A stretch of DNA of 64,000 nucleotides from Candidatus Aegiribacteria sp. (GTDB lineage: Bacteria > Fermentibacterota > Fermentibacteria > Fermentibacterales > JCC-6), in contig JAUXIK010000007.1 of assembly GCA_030620995.1 (NCBI GenBank), positions 1,506 through 65,505 of the forward strand, written 5' to 3'. The translations under genes and the position numbers were made by a program. Positions within the stretch are counted from its first letter, which is position 1. Every line of letters starts with the position of its first letter. Of the stretch, positions 8,372-17,947 are shown one piece after another. The notes under the pieces were generated by a model. That model was not told where the DNA came from and ran no database searches. It saw only the letters and a program-made list of their open reading frames with translations.

Positions 8372-9211
8372 ATGTTCAGAATATTCGCTGGAGTTGTTTC
8401 GCTGAGCCTTATGCTCGTGACTGGATGCGGCGGTGGTGACCAGCCGCAGACGGACGATACGGCAGGTGATGCCATCTCAGAAGAAGTCGCTGATGAGGTT
8501 ATTGAAGAGGTTGTTGAGGAAGCGGTTCTTTATCCCGAGGGGAAACTGGATCCTTCAGCAGTAACTCCGGATGTCGCTGTTGATGCATGGGCACTGAATG
8601 AAGCCTACTTCGCATGGATGGGGAAGGAAGTCACGCTTGTTGCATATCCCTATATCTGGTACGGTGATGATACTGTAGTAGAGGATGAGCTTCGACTTGT
8701 TGCCGATCCTGAATCTACAGATGAGCTTGCTACAGCCTGTTTCGATGAGCTCCAGAACCGGACGCTCATGCGGGGGGAGATCATATCCGTGCGGGGAATA
8801 GTGGAGGAGGGCTGGAGCGGTCCTGAACTTACAGGCGCTATCTTCATAGATCCACCCGAAAGTTTTGAAAGGGTCGAAACCAGTCCCTGGGTATATGACG
8901 TTGAACCCATTCCTGTTGATCAGTTCAGTGAGATGTTCAATGTCTGGATGGGAAAGGAAGTAACCGTGGAGAGTTACTACCACTCCACAACAACTTCCAC
9001 TACAGATTACGGCACTACCATCAGAATAGACCTTGCGGATCCTCAGGACACCTACACGAAGTACGCAGCATGCGAGATGCTGGAACCTCTTTCCGCTGTT
9101 TCCGAGTCACTTATCGTGGCTGATCGCGTCGGCGTTCAGATCAGAGGAACCATCGCAGATCCGTTCTTCGACAAGGTAAGGCTGGAAGGCTGTGTTCTGG
9201 TTAACAGGTAA
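8372..9211 (+). CDS. Lipoprotein, unknown function, internally duplicated
   Basis: Lipobox LVTGC and an acidic linker. The repeat is FAWMGKEVTLVAYPY / NVWMGKEVTVESYYH. Confidence 0.6.
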   Translation: MFRIFAGVVSLSLMLVTGCGGGDQPQTDDTAGDAISEEVADEVIEEVVEEAVLYPEGKLDPSAVTPDVAVDAWALNEAYFAWMGKEVTLVAYPYIWYGDDTVVEDELRLVADPESTDELATACFDELQNRTLMRGEIISVRGIVEEGWSGPELTGAIFIDPPESFERVETSPWVYDVEPIPVDQFSEMFNVWMGKEVTVESYYHSTTTSTTDYGTTIRIDLADPQDTYTKYAACEMLEPLSAVSESLIVADRVGVQIRGTIADPFFDKVRLEGCVLVNR

Positions 9212-9232
9212 AGATTATTTGAGCTTTTGTTT

Positions 9233-9293
9233 GGGGGGACACGCACCAGAGGCAAGGTTAACCGGGGACACGCACCAGAGCGTGCATGTCCCC
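9233..9293. repeat. REP/BIME-like element: one left-arm unit plus one complete GGGGACACGCA...TGCATGTCCCC hairpin
   Basis: Units start at 9235 and 9264 (29-nt period). The hairpin at 9264..9293 has 12-nt arms with one C.A mismatch. Confidence 0.75.
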
Positions 9294-9295
9294 AG

Positions 9296-10198
9296 ATGGA
9301 GAATGCTATGCAGTCAGAGAATAAGAAACTTTCTGTCTTCAAGAGGGTGGGCGGGTTCCTGCTCATCATTGTTGTGCTTCTTGGCTTTTTCTTTCTGGGA
9401 GGGAAACTGACCGGCCTGTTCTCTTCTCATATGCGCGTTCAAGATTTCTCTCGCACCACAGGATCCTTTGCCAATGTTGCGCTCACTGCTGCGTTTTGTA
9501 CTCTTTTCGCAGCTGTGGTTGTGTATGTCGTGGTTTTTCTCACCAATTGTTTTACGTTTAATTTTAGCAGACCCTTCTTCGCGGGGTTTAAAAAGAAGCT
9601 CTATTTCATCCATATCATCGTTGGTCTGGGCTTATCACTGGCGGCCGGTTTTTCCGTTTCTGTTCCCGTTACACCGATCCTGGTGCGCCTTGGCCTGCCG
9701 GAGCCATTACCGTTCATCGCTCCTATACTGATCTCGTTGATCTGCGTTCAGCTCATTCTGGTATGGGTTAATATCTGGACACCGCTGAACAGAACAATCG
9801 TCAGAAAAAGGGCAGCTGCGCTTGGAATCGATCCCATCAATCTTGAGAAGGGAATTATTGTTGGAGTATCGGATCCTGAGAGAAGCAGCTTCAAAAAGCT
9901 GACTCTGGTAGAAGATGATGTTGGCGTGCTCTGGATAGAGTCAGCACAGCTTGTGTACAAAGGGGATACATCAAACTTCGAGCTGAAACGTGATAATGTG
10001 ATTTCCGTTGAATGCAAGGCAGATTCTGGAAGCATGGCATCATACGCGGGTGCGGTATATCCCATATTGCGATATCGAAACCCAGACGGAAGTGAGCGCA
10101 GCATACGTTTTCATGCCTGGGGCAATTGGACTCTGGGCGGTATGTCGAAATCCCTGAAACTTCTGTCCCTGAAGCTCGAATCCTGGTACAAAACCTAA
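9296..10198 (+). CDS. Multi-pass membrane protein with a soluble C-terminal domain, unknown function
   Basis: The tracked ORF starts at 9227, inside the REP element, so I prefer the ATG at 9296 (MENAMQSENKK). About four hydrophobic segments are followed by a ~120-aa soluble tail. Confidence 0.55.
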   Translation: MENAMQSENKKLSVFKRVGGFLLIIVVLLGFFFLGGKLTGLFSSHMRVQDFSRTTGSFANVALTAAFCTLFAAVVVYVVVFLTNCFTFNFSRPFFAGFKKKLYFIHIIVGLGLSLAAGFSVSVPVTPILVRLGLPEPLPFIAPILISLICVQLILVWVNIWTPLNRTIVRKRAAALGIDPINLEKGIIVGVSDPERSSFKKLTLVEDDVGVLWIESAQLVYKGDTSNFELKRDNVISVECKADSGSMASYAGAVYPILRYRNPDGSERSIRFHAWGNWTLGGMSKSLKLLSLKLESWYKT

Positions 10199-10276
10199 TC
10201 TTCCGGAACCGGGAGCTAGCCCGCATAGATAGAGTCTAAAACCTTATTGTATGGGCTTTCAGAGTAATGCGGAAAT
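10152..10276 (+). repeat. Intact-locus counterpart of repeats 526..590 and 2297..2352
   Basis: The two blocks (10152..10216 and 10221..10276) are only 4 nt apart here. Confidence 0.65.
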
Positions 10277-10627
10277 ATTAATACTGAATGTGCTCTTGCT
10301 AGCAGGTTGAAACTACTAACAAATGTGTTAGTAACATTATGGTTAGTAATTATGTGAAATCCTTCTTCATCCACTGGTTCAAAACCTCAGGGCTGGTCTG
10401 ACTTAGATCTGCGGATTAACTGCATGAATAATGAAAAGGTGGATATTACATTGTAGACAGCATGGAAGCGCAACGGGGTTATTTCTGATGATTCCTTCAC
10501 GAAATTCAGTAACGAAACACAGCAAACGGTACTGGAGTTTAACAAACCATTAAGCTAATTGTCAATATAACTTTCAGTTCACACGAATGTGAAGATCTAT
10601 AACACTTTTTACTAATACTACGTTCTA

Positions 10628-10656
10628 TTGACACTATAGTCTTATAACACTATAGT
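10628..10656 (+). promoter_or_regulatory. Sigma70-like promoter TTGACA-17-TATAGT embedded in a 16-nt-period direct repeat ACACTATAGTCTTA x2
   Basis: -35 at 10628..10633 and -10 at 10651..10656. The repeat copies are at 10631..10644 and 10647..10660. Confidence 0.5.
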
Positions 10657-10683
10657 CTTAATACAATGGAGGTCGAGTTGAAT

Positions 10684-12135
10684 ATGAAGATATTCGTGGA
10701 TCGGAAGAATGAGCTAGAGGAGCTAAGAGCTCTATCCCAATCGGAGGAGCCGGCAATGGCGCTTCTTTACGGACGGCGGAGGGTTGGCAAAACCTATCTT
10801 CTGGGAAGGGTCTGGGAGAACCCTTTCTATTTCCTGGCCGCCGACACAACCCTTGAGACTAACCGCACAGACCTGCTGCGGGAACTGGGGCAATGGAGCG
10901 GCATGGATATGCTTCCCGAAGACTATCCCACCTGGCGGTCGGTATTCAGATTGATGACCCGGATCGTTCGAGATGGGCAGCAAGTCTTCATACTTGATGA
11001 GTTCCAGTACCTGCTGGGTCATAAGGACGATGTGGTATCACAGCTCACCGCGATCTGGGACAGGGAGATGGGTGATTCGTCAATGCTTCTGGTACTATGT
11101 GGTTCGGAGGTGTCAACGATGGAAGCTCTGCAGGCGAGAGATTCTCCACTGTTCGGCAGGCTTTCATGGTCATCCAGGCTGCGACCCTTCGATTATTTCG
11201 ATTCATCACGGATGCTGCCCTGGCTTTCGCTAAGGGAAGCTATGTACCTGTACGGCGCACTGGGGGGGATGCCCCGCTACCTTTCCTCGGTAAAGCGTGG
11301 TGAGGGGTTTCGGGAATCGCTTTGCAGGATACTGCTGTCACCCCGCGGTGAGGTACATGTCCAGCTTCAGAACCTCATAGCAGGAGAGAAAGGTATACGT
11401 AATACGGCAGAGTATGACGCAGTACTGCGGGCTGTAGCATCCGGTCGTCGGGAGCTGAGTGAAATAGCTTCGCGTGCCGGACTGCAGGACCGGGTCTATG
11501 TAGCCAGGAGAGTCCTTGAAGTGATGGAAGATCTGAATATGATCCGAAGGGAACGCAACTACGGGGCTGGTTCGAAATCGCCCTGGAGGTACAGAATAGC
11601 AGATAACGCTTTGCTTTTCTGGCACCGATTCATAGAACCGAACAGGAGTCGGCTGGAAAGAAACATGATCGACAGCGTCTGGAAAACTTCTATCGAACCA
11701 CTGCTGGATACTTACATGGGACTTATCTTTGAAGATGCCGTCAGGCAGACCCTTCTCCGCTTTAATGCTGAACTGGGACTACCGGTGGTCTCCACGTGCA
11801 GTCGCTGGGAGGGGCTGGACAGGAATCGTCGTTCTATAGAACTGGACATCGTTGGTAGACTTGAGAACGGTGAAATGCTTACCGGAGAGACCAAGTGGTC
11901 GTCATCGCCTGTTGATCCCGACGTTCATTTCCAGCTGCTGCGAAACCTGGAGGACCTGGCAGCTTCAGGACAAAGCTGGGCAACGCACGCCCTGCAGGGG
12001 TGGTTCGTTTATTTCTCTGCGGCTGGTTTCTCGGAGTATATGGTAAATTTGGCGGAGGAAAGGGCCAGGGTAATCCTGGTTTCGCTGAAGGACATGTTCC
12101 CCGATGACGGGAATGAATTGAGTTCAGCTCTCTGA
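10684..12135 (+). CDS. ATPase, Arch_ATPase-like AAA+ domain with DUF234-type C-terminus
   Basis: Walker A GRRRVGKT and Walker B VFILDEFQ. I prefer the ATG at 10684 (GGAGG at 10669) over the tracked 10666. Confidence 0.75.
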   Translation: MKIFVDRKNELEELRALSQSEEPAMALLYGRRRVGKTYLLGRVWENPFYFLAADTTLETNRTDLLRELGQWSGMDMLPEDYPTWRSVFRLMTRIVRDGQQVFILDEFQYLLGHKDDVVSQLTAIWDREMGDSSMLLVLCGSEVSTMEALQARDSPLFGRLSWSSRLRPFDYFDSSRMLPWLSLREAMYLYGALGGMPRYLSSVKRGEGFRESLCRILLSPRGEVHVQLQNLIAGEKGIRNTAEYDAVLRAVASGRRELSEIASRAGLQDRVYVARRVLEVMEDLNMIRRERNYGAGSKSPWRYRIADNALLFWHRFIEPNRSRLERNMIDSVWKTSIEPLLDTYMGLIFEDAVRQTLLRFNAELGLPVVSTCSRWEGLDRNRRSIELDIVGRLENGEMLTGETKWSSSPVDPDVHFQLLRNLEDLAASGQSWATHALQGWFVYFSAAGFSEYMVNLAEERARVILVSLKDMFPDDGNELSSAL

Positions 12136-12398
12136 CTGTGATCACGAGAACGAGGGAATGGTTCAGAGAATACTGCTTATCGACGCGGAGTATCCCTGAA
12201 ACTGATCATTCCGGACAACTTCGTCAGTTGATGGTTTACATGTTAGATGAATAATTGCCGTTTATAAAGCATTATCTGATAAGAAATTTAATGAATAGAC
12301 AAAATATATGAACTCTTTCCGATGGCCGGAGCACACAGAACACACCGGAGAAGATATTAAAGTTCCTTCACAACCTCGTAGATGATGAAATTTGTGGA

Positions 12399-13223
12399 CT
12401 ACCGCGGTCTGCTGATGAATCCTTCCAGCAGGGTTACCATATTATCCTCGGTTAAAAACTCAGCTTCGGATGGTCTCTCCAGGAATGGAGTTACATCCCT
12501 TCTGATCTCTTTCCAGTTGACGGTTCTGAATTTCTCCTTCAATTCCCGGACGACATCCATGGATAATACACGCTCCCTTTTCCATCCGGTCTGAATCAGA
12601 GCATTACGTAAAAAGTTCATGTTGGGCGGGGGCCAGTTCGGGTCGGTCATATACCACATCAGGTCGTAGTAATCACGGCCCTTGGTAAAATTTCTTACGA
12701 AGACAGCATGCAGTTTCCCGGCCAGCAGAGACGATCTGTCGTGATGCTGCAACCGGAGCAGGATGAACCTCCGAACCATGCTTACTTCCAGGCCAGCCCC
12801 TTCAGGCGGGTTGGTATCCACTTCAACCTTAATAGACAGTACCTGTCCGGCATGAGGAGACAGGCCTAGTTCGAAGGGCAGCCCCGGGAATTTAATCATG
12901 ACGCCATGAACGGCTGATACAGATCTACTCCTAAGCTCAATATCGTACCCTTCCCTGGCCAAACCGTCAGCAACCCGCTTAATGCAGGACTCAAGATGGA
13001 AGTCGGAGGACTTTCTTTCCAGTGAAAAATCAAGATCCTCCGAGAATCTCGGCAGGGAGTAGAGGAATCGGAGGGCGGTACCGCCACAGAATGCCAGAGG
13101 AATCATGGCCCCGGTTTCCTGCAGGAGTCCGAGTATCCTGGCCTGAAGATATTCCCGTGCCCGGTTCCAGGCAGAAAGATCGTTTTCAGCCTCCCGGACA
13201 ATACGGCCCAGTTCTTCTTTCAT
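12399..13223 (-). CDS. abiEii: Nucleotidyltransferase AbiEii toxin (type IV TA / abortive infection)
   Basis: LAFCGGTALRFLYSLPRFSEDLDFSLE and GRDYYDLMWY are hallmark motifs. Confidence 0.85.
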   Translation of the reverse strand: MKEELGRIVREAENDLSAWNRAREYLQARILGLLQETGAMIPLAFCGGTALRFLYSLPRFSEDLDFSLERKSSDFHLESCIKRVADGLAREGYDIELRSRSVSAVHGVMIKFPGLPFELGLSPHAGQVLSIKVEVDTNPPEGAGLEVSMVRRFILLRLQHHDRSSLLAGKLHAVFVRNFTKGRDYYDLMWYMTDPNWPPPNMNFLRNALIQTGWKRERVLSMDVVRELKEKFRTVNWKEIRRDVTPFLERPSEAEFLTEDNMVTLLEGFISRPR

Positions 13224-13855
13224 GAAGTGTTTTCCTCCTCCCTCGCAAGAATAGAAAGAATTCTGCCCGCTGCTCTCTCAAGCTTGGGTTTTCCCCAGCG
13301 ATAAGCAAATGAAACGAGTTTTTTTCTGTCCAGCTCGTCGGTGTTCTGAAGCCGGAGCTGTTCCAGATAACCTTCTGAATCTCCCTCCGGCTCAAGATAA
13401 ACGAGGTCCAGGAGCGCCTTCTCGGGAAGAGCAAGTCTGGCATTTTCCCCCTTCGATACGTTCATGGTCTCGAAACCCCATAACAGCGATGATTTAACAT
13501 GTCTGTAAATGAAGTTGCCAAGTTCGTTGCTAACTGTATCCGTACGTCCGTAAGTAACGGAAACCACAGAGGGAACATACTCCGGGATCAACCCATACCA
13601 TGCCAATGCGGACTGGCAACTGACATAGGAAGCCGGTTTCATCGCGTTGGCAAGGACAAAGGATGATGGAATCCTGCCTGAATAGGGAGGTGCAAGAGTA
13701 TAGCATCCCCTTTCAAGCCTGATTACCTTCCCTTCCCTGACCCATCGGGAGATCTGGGAACGAATAACGGCTTTATCCACATCACCTGCCAGCAGCAGTC
13801 CGGTGGTAAAGACAGGCGCGTTCTTCACAATTTGAAGCAGTTCGTTGAATTTCAT
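13220..13855 (-). CDS. abiEi: AbiEi antitoxin/transcriptional regulator
   Basis: The N-terminal wHTH (ISRWVREGKVIRLERGCYTL) is typical of AbiEi. There is a 4-nt overlap with abiEii. Confidence 0.8.
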   Translation of the reverse strand: MKFNELLQIVKNAPVFTTGLLLAGDVDKAVIRSQISRWVREGKVIRLERGCYTLAPPYSGRIPSSFVLANAMKPASYVSCQSALAWYGLIPEYVPSVVSVTYGRTDTVSNELGNFIYRHVKSSLLWGFETMNVSKGENARLALPEKALLDLVYLEPEGDSEGYLEQLRLQNTDELDRKKLVSFAYRWGKPKLERAAGRILSILAREEENTS

Positions 13856-14161
13856 AGCAGGAACATAACGATTATGTTAATATATTGCAATGGAATTGAT
13901 TTCCGTACACAGCATAATAATTTTCGGGTCAGCAATAACTGATGAAGATATACGTTACCCTGGCGCGAAGTTTAATTCTGCTGTAATATTGGTGTGTTGT
14001 AGTATAAAACCTCATTGGGGTCTCCCTCTTGTTGGGGGATCCCCTCCAGCATTACACGCATCGGGGAAGGTCCCAATGAGCTATCAATTACATGCAGCCG
14101 GCAAGCAGGCTGAAACACAGGGCTGAAAACACATTTTCATTGCACAAAGAGGGAAGATTAG

Positions 14162-16840
14162 ATGAAACAGATCGAACCAGGTTCAATATTACTCAGTACA
14201 GGCGGAAGTTTCCTGAACAGAGCATCTTTGCTGGTGCTGCTCCCCCTTTTATTGTTCACCTTTTCCGCTTACGCAGATACAACTGGAATCGTTGGCGGAA
14301 TCGTCACGGATACTGACGGAGATCCGCTTATCGGTGCTACTGTAATGATAGATGATACTTTTCTGGGCGCCATGACCAATTCCAATGGAGAATACATCAT
14401 TGCAGGGGTTTCTCCCGGCAGCTACTCTGTAACCGCGAGCATGGTGGGCAGAACCACCTCCAGGATGGAAGGTGTCCGCGTGGTTATCGATCTGCTGAGC
14501 AGGGTTGATTTCGAGCTGTCTGAAGATCCCACGGGTTCAACTGTTATCCATGTTCAAGAGTCAAGAACCCATATTCTTCAGGACGTTCCCACCACCCTGC
14601 ACCTGATGGACTTCACCGATATAACCACTCAGACCTCAAGAAACATTGTAGACCTTGTTTCCTCCCAGCCCGGTGTGGTAACCAGCCACGGTGAACTGCA
14701 CGTACGGGGAGGCCGCAGCGGGGAGGTGGATTACCTTCTTGACGGTATCTCAATCCGATCACCCATAAACAATACATTCAACCTGGAACTTCCCCTGAGC
14801 GCTATATCAAATGCATCTCTGATGACCGGAGGACTTGGTGTTGAATACGGAAATTCCATGTCAGGAGTTGTTAACCTCATCGGAAAAGAGGGTGGCGATA
14901 CTTACCATGGCACGGTGATAGCCCGCCACGGGGACATTACTACAGCTTCAACTGAATCCGGAGAACAGGTTTTCATGGAAGAAGCGGATGTGGAGCAATG
15001 CAGAAGCAACCTTAACGGTATTGAAGGGTCTGTTTCGGGGCCTGAACCCATCACGGAAATGCTTCTTCCCCTCATCGGAATTCATATCCCGGGTCAGATG
15101 ACCTTCAGCGCATCCGGACAGATCTCTTTAAGCGGATGGGACACCTTGGATACCCGCGGCAGCTGGGAGAACAACTGGCAGAATGATATGTCGGGTGTAA
15201 CCAAGTTAACCTACAGGCCGTTCAGCAAAACAAGCTTCGCTTTCACCGTCCTGGGTTCTCACAGGGAAAAGGGATGGAATGAATGGGCCTGGTCCAGATA
15301 TCATCTCCCAGCCTATATAGATGACATCGCATACCTCGGGAGAAGTCAGGACTTCGCCCTTCCTGTCCTCTTCAGCGAGACAGCCGGGATGACTTTCAAC
15401 GCCACGCAGTTGCTTGGAAGCGAAACCGTCCTGAAGCTTTCAATGGGCATTATGAAGTTCCAGGACTGGAACCGCATACGGTTACAGGAGGGGGGTTACA
15501 TAGGAGAAGATACTTTCCCCATATACTGGTTCACCCAGTACATGCCGGAAGATAGAATTGCCGACTCCCTGGGATTCTATCACACGGGGGTTCACCCTAA
15601 TGTGTGGTTCGATTCCAAGGCAACGGTAAGCAGCATAATGCTGGGTTTCGATTCGAACCCCAACACCAGAACACGCATAAAGGCGGGGTTAGCAGGCGAT
15701 TACTATGACCTCTACCAGTACAATGTATACGCCCAGACCTACCGCAACATATTCATTTCTCAGTGGAACGCTTACCCTCATTCCGGATCCTGCTACCTCC
15801 AGGGAAGTTACAGATTTGGAGGAGGAGTGATAACCACAGGCGGGGTCAGAGCTGATATGTTCGATGCCAACACCTCTGTATTCGATTCCGAAGCCGGCGG
15901 CCAGGTTCAGGTTGAACCAAAATGGCATATCAGTCCAAGAGTGGGCTTCTCCGTTCCCTTCAGCGAGAATTCTATTTTCTTCTCTACATACGGACACCAT
16001 TTCCAGATGCCTCCAATGAACTGCCTCTTCGTTGAGACATCCTACAATCTTGCCGAGAACAGGATAGTGGCGGGCAATCCGAACCTTGATCCTGAGCTGA
16101 CGCAGAGCTTTGAAGTTGGAATAAGACATTTTATCGACAGGATCACTGAGTTTTCAATGGCAGCCTACTACAAGGATATTACGGCTCTGGTGAACACCGA
16201 ATACCACAGTGAGGGCACGTACTTCGTTTTTTCCAACGACGACAGCCATGGAATGGTTAGAGGTATTGAAACCACTCTCAGCAGGAGAGCGGGAAGCAAT
16301 ATCTCGGGACAGATTTCGTATTCTCTTTCCATTGCCAAGGGCAAATACTCATCCATGCTGGAGAGATACAATTATGCTCAGATAGGAATTACGTACGTTT
16401 CCAACGAGGATAACTACCTTGACTGGGATCAGACACATACGGCGTCTGCAGCTGTTGAGGTGAGGGCTTTTGAATCTGAGGGACCGGAAATAGCGGGAAT
16501 CCATCCCCTGGAAAACACCAGGCTTGGAATTTCATGGCAATACGGAAGCGGGATGCCGTATACACTCCCGCCTGCGGAGGAGGAACTTGTGATAACCAAT
16601 ACCGAGAGATATCCCTTTTCCATGCAGACTGATGTAACCGTTTCCAGGATGTTCCGCATAGGCCCCGCCGAGATGAACCTGCTTCTGGGAGTATTCAACA
16701 TTTTCAACAGAAAGAACGTGGTTCACATTTACGATACTTCCTTTTTCCACTCAACCGGGAATCCCGGCGGTGCAGCGGGTAACCCGAGGGGCTGGTCTCC
16801 AGCCCGGCATTTCATTCTGTCAGCGGGGATATCATGGTAA
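14162..16840 (+). CDS. TonB-dependent receptor with N-terminal carboxypeptidase-regulatory-like domain
   Basis: Signal peptide, then GIVGGIVTDTDGDPLIGATVMI...NGEYIIAGVSPGSYSV (CarboxypepD_reg). A plug region follows (LHVRGGRSGEVDYLLDGISI), then a long beta-barrel. Confidence 0.8.
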   Translation: MKQIEPGSILLSTGGSFLNRASLLVLLPLLLFTFSAYADTTGIVGGIVTDTDGDPLIGATVMIDDTFLGAMTNSNGEYIIAGVSPGSYSVTASMVGRTTSRMEGVRVVIDLLSRVDFELSEDPTGSTVIHVQESRTHILQDVPTTLHLMDFTDITTQTSRNIVDLVSSQPGVVTSHGELHVRGGRSGEVDYLLDGISIRSPINNTFNLELPLSAISNASLMTGGLGVEYGNSMSGVVNLIGKEGGDTYHGTVIARHGDITTASTESGEQVFMEEADVEQCRSNLNGIEGSVSGPEPITEMLLPLIGIHIPGQMTFSASGQISLSGWDTLDTRGSWENNWQNDMSGVTKLTYRPFSKTSFAFTVLGSHREKGWNEWAWSRYHLPAYIDDIAYLGRSQDFALPVLFSETAGMTFNATQLLGSETVLKLSMGIMKFQDWNRIRLQEGGYIGEDTFPIYWFTQYMPEDRIADSLGFYHTGVHPNVWFDSKATVSSIMLGFDSNPNTRTRIKAGLAGDYYDLYQYNVYAQTYRNIFISQWNAYPHSGSCYLQGSYRFGGGVITTGGVRADMFDANTSVFDSEAGGQVQVEPKWHISPRVGFSVPFSENSIFFSTYGHHFQMPPMNCLFVETSYNLAENRIVAGNPNLDPELTQSFEVGIRHFIDRITEFSMAAYYKDITALVNTEYHSEGTYFVFSNDDSHGMVRGIETTLSRRAGSNISGQISYSLSIAKGKYSSMLERYNYAQIGITYVSNEDNYLDWDQTHTASAAVEVRAFESEGPEIAGIHPLENTRLGISWQYGSGMPYTLPPAEEELVITNTERYPFSMQTDVTVSRMFRIGPAEMNLLLGVFNIFNRKNVVHIYDTSFFHSTGNPGGAAGNPRGWSPARHFILSAGISW

Positions 16841-17853
16841 ATATGCATGTCAGATTCAGAATAGTCTTCATTGCGGCAGCGCTTCTGATACAAAGCGGCT
16901 GCACTGATCTTACGGAGTTCGATCATACGCTGAAGGCGGGAATCAATATCATGTACCCGCCGGATCTTTCCGTTGTTCATACAATTGAGAACATCTCCGG
17001 AGCCAGGTCTTTGTGTGTCCTTCCAGACTGCTTCATTGTGGCCACCACAGATGGAACAGTGTTCCGTTTCGACCTTGAATCGTGGGAGCAGACAGGTAGC
17101 TTCAACATCGGCAATCCTTCCCCTTCAGGATACTTCGAAATAGAGTACAGCCCGAGCGAAAGCACTGTCTACATCATCGGAGCATTGGGACAGATATTGG
17201 AATACAATGTACCGGATATGGAATTCCTTCATAGTTTCAGCATCTGCGAAACTCCTGTGGATATTGAAATAGCCTCTGGGAAACCTTTCTTTTATGTTGC
17301 CGGGGCGAATACATGCAGAATCTACGAAGTCAGTAAAGAGAACAACTTACCCGGCAGATACTGCACCCTGGCGTCCAGCCCCACTTGCATGGCAATCGAT
17401 CAGTGTCAGGATACGATGCTCGTCGGAACCATGGGAGAAGTTGAGCTTGTTTCCACCGGACCAGACCTGATGCGGCGAAGAATAGCGGACTACTTTCCCG
17501 GGATACTGGCCATTGAAACCATTCCCGACGAAAACGATGAAACCCGTCTATGCGCAGTGCTCGACTACGGCTATACCGTGATGATTGCCACTGTACTGAA
17601 TTACTGGCCGGGTTTTTCGAGTAATCCACTGTTGGCCGGATTAGTACCGATTGAAGGAGAATCCCACTACATCTGCACTGACGCTTCCGGCGACTATGCT
17701 TATGTACTCAGCTATCTGGGAGACAACACCAGCAGATTGATTTGCTATAACTGCACTTACTACAACATCGAAAGCCAGGTCGATATCCAGGGTTTCCCTC
17801 TTGACCTTGAAATAAGCTCTGGGGGAACTTTGCTGGTTCTCACTACTGATTAG
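16834..17853 (+). CDS. Lipoprotein, beta-propeller-like, paralog 1
   Basis: Lipobox LIQSGC. It is a tandem paralog of the next gene. An alternative start is the ATG at 16843. Confidence 0.65.
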   Translation: MVNMHVRFRIVFIAAALLIQSGCTDLTEFDHTLKAGINIMYPPDLSVVHTIENISGARSLCVLPDCFIVATTDGTVFRFDLESWEQTGSFNIGNPSPSGYFEIEYSPSESTVYIIGALGQILEYNVPDMEFLHSFSICETPVDIEIASGKPFFYVAGANTCRIYEVSKENNLPGRYCTLASSPTCMAIDQCQDTMLVGTMGEVELVSTGPDLMRRRIADYFPGILAIETIPDENDETRLCAVLDYGYTVMIATVLNYWPGFSSNPLLAGLVPIEGESHYICTDASGDYAYVLSYLGDNTSRLICYNCTYYNIESQVDIQGFPLDLEISSGGTLLVLTTD

Positions 17854-17947
17854 TTCTGCCTGCATATTTATACTGGTAGCTACTGTAACGACACATACAA
17901 TATCTGTATACATCGAGGTGAGGTTTATTGAGTTGGAGGAATCGAAA

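Noticed and set aside
13890-14126. A 78-aa ORF in the AbiE-to-receptor intergenic region.
   Set aside because: It overlaps the structured element at 14011..14080, has no SD sequence and shows odd composition. The region is more likely a 5' leader.
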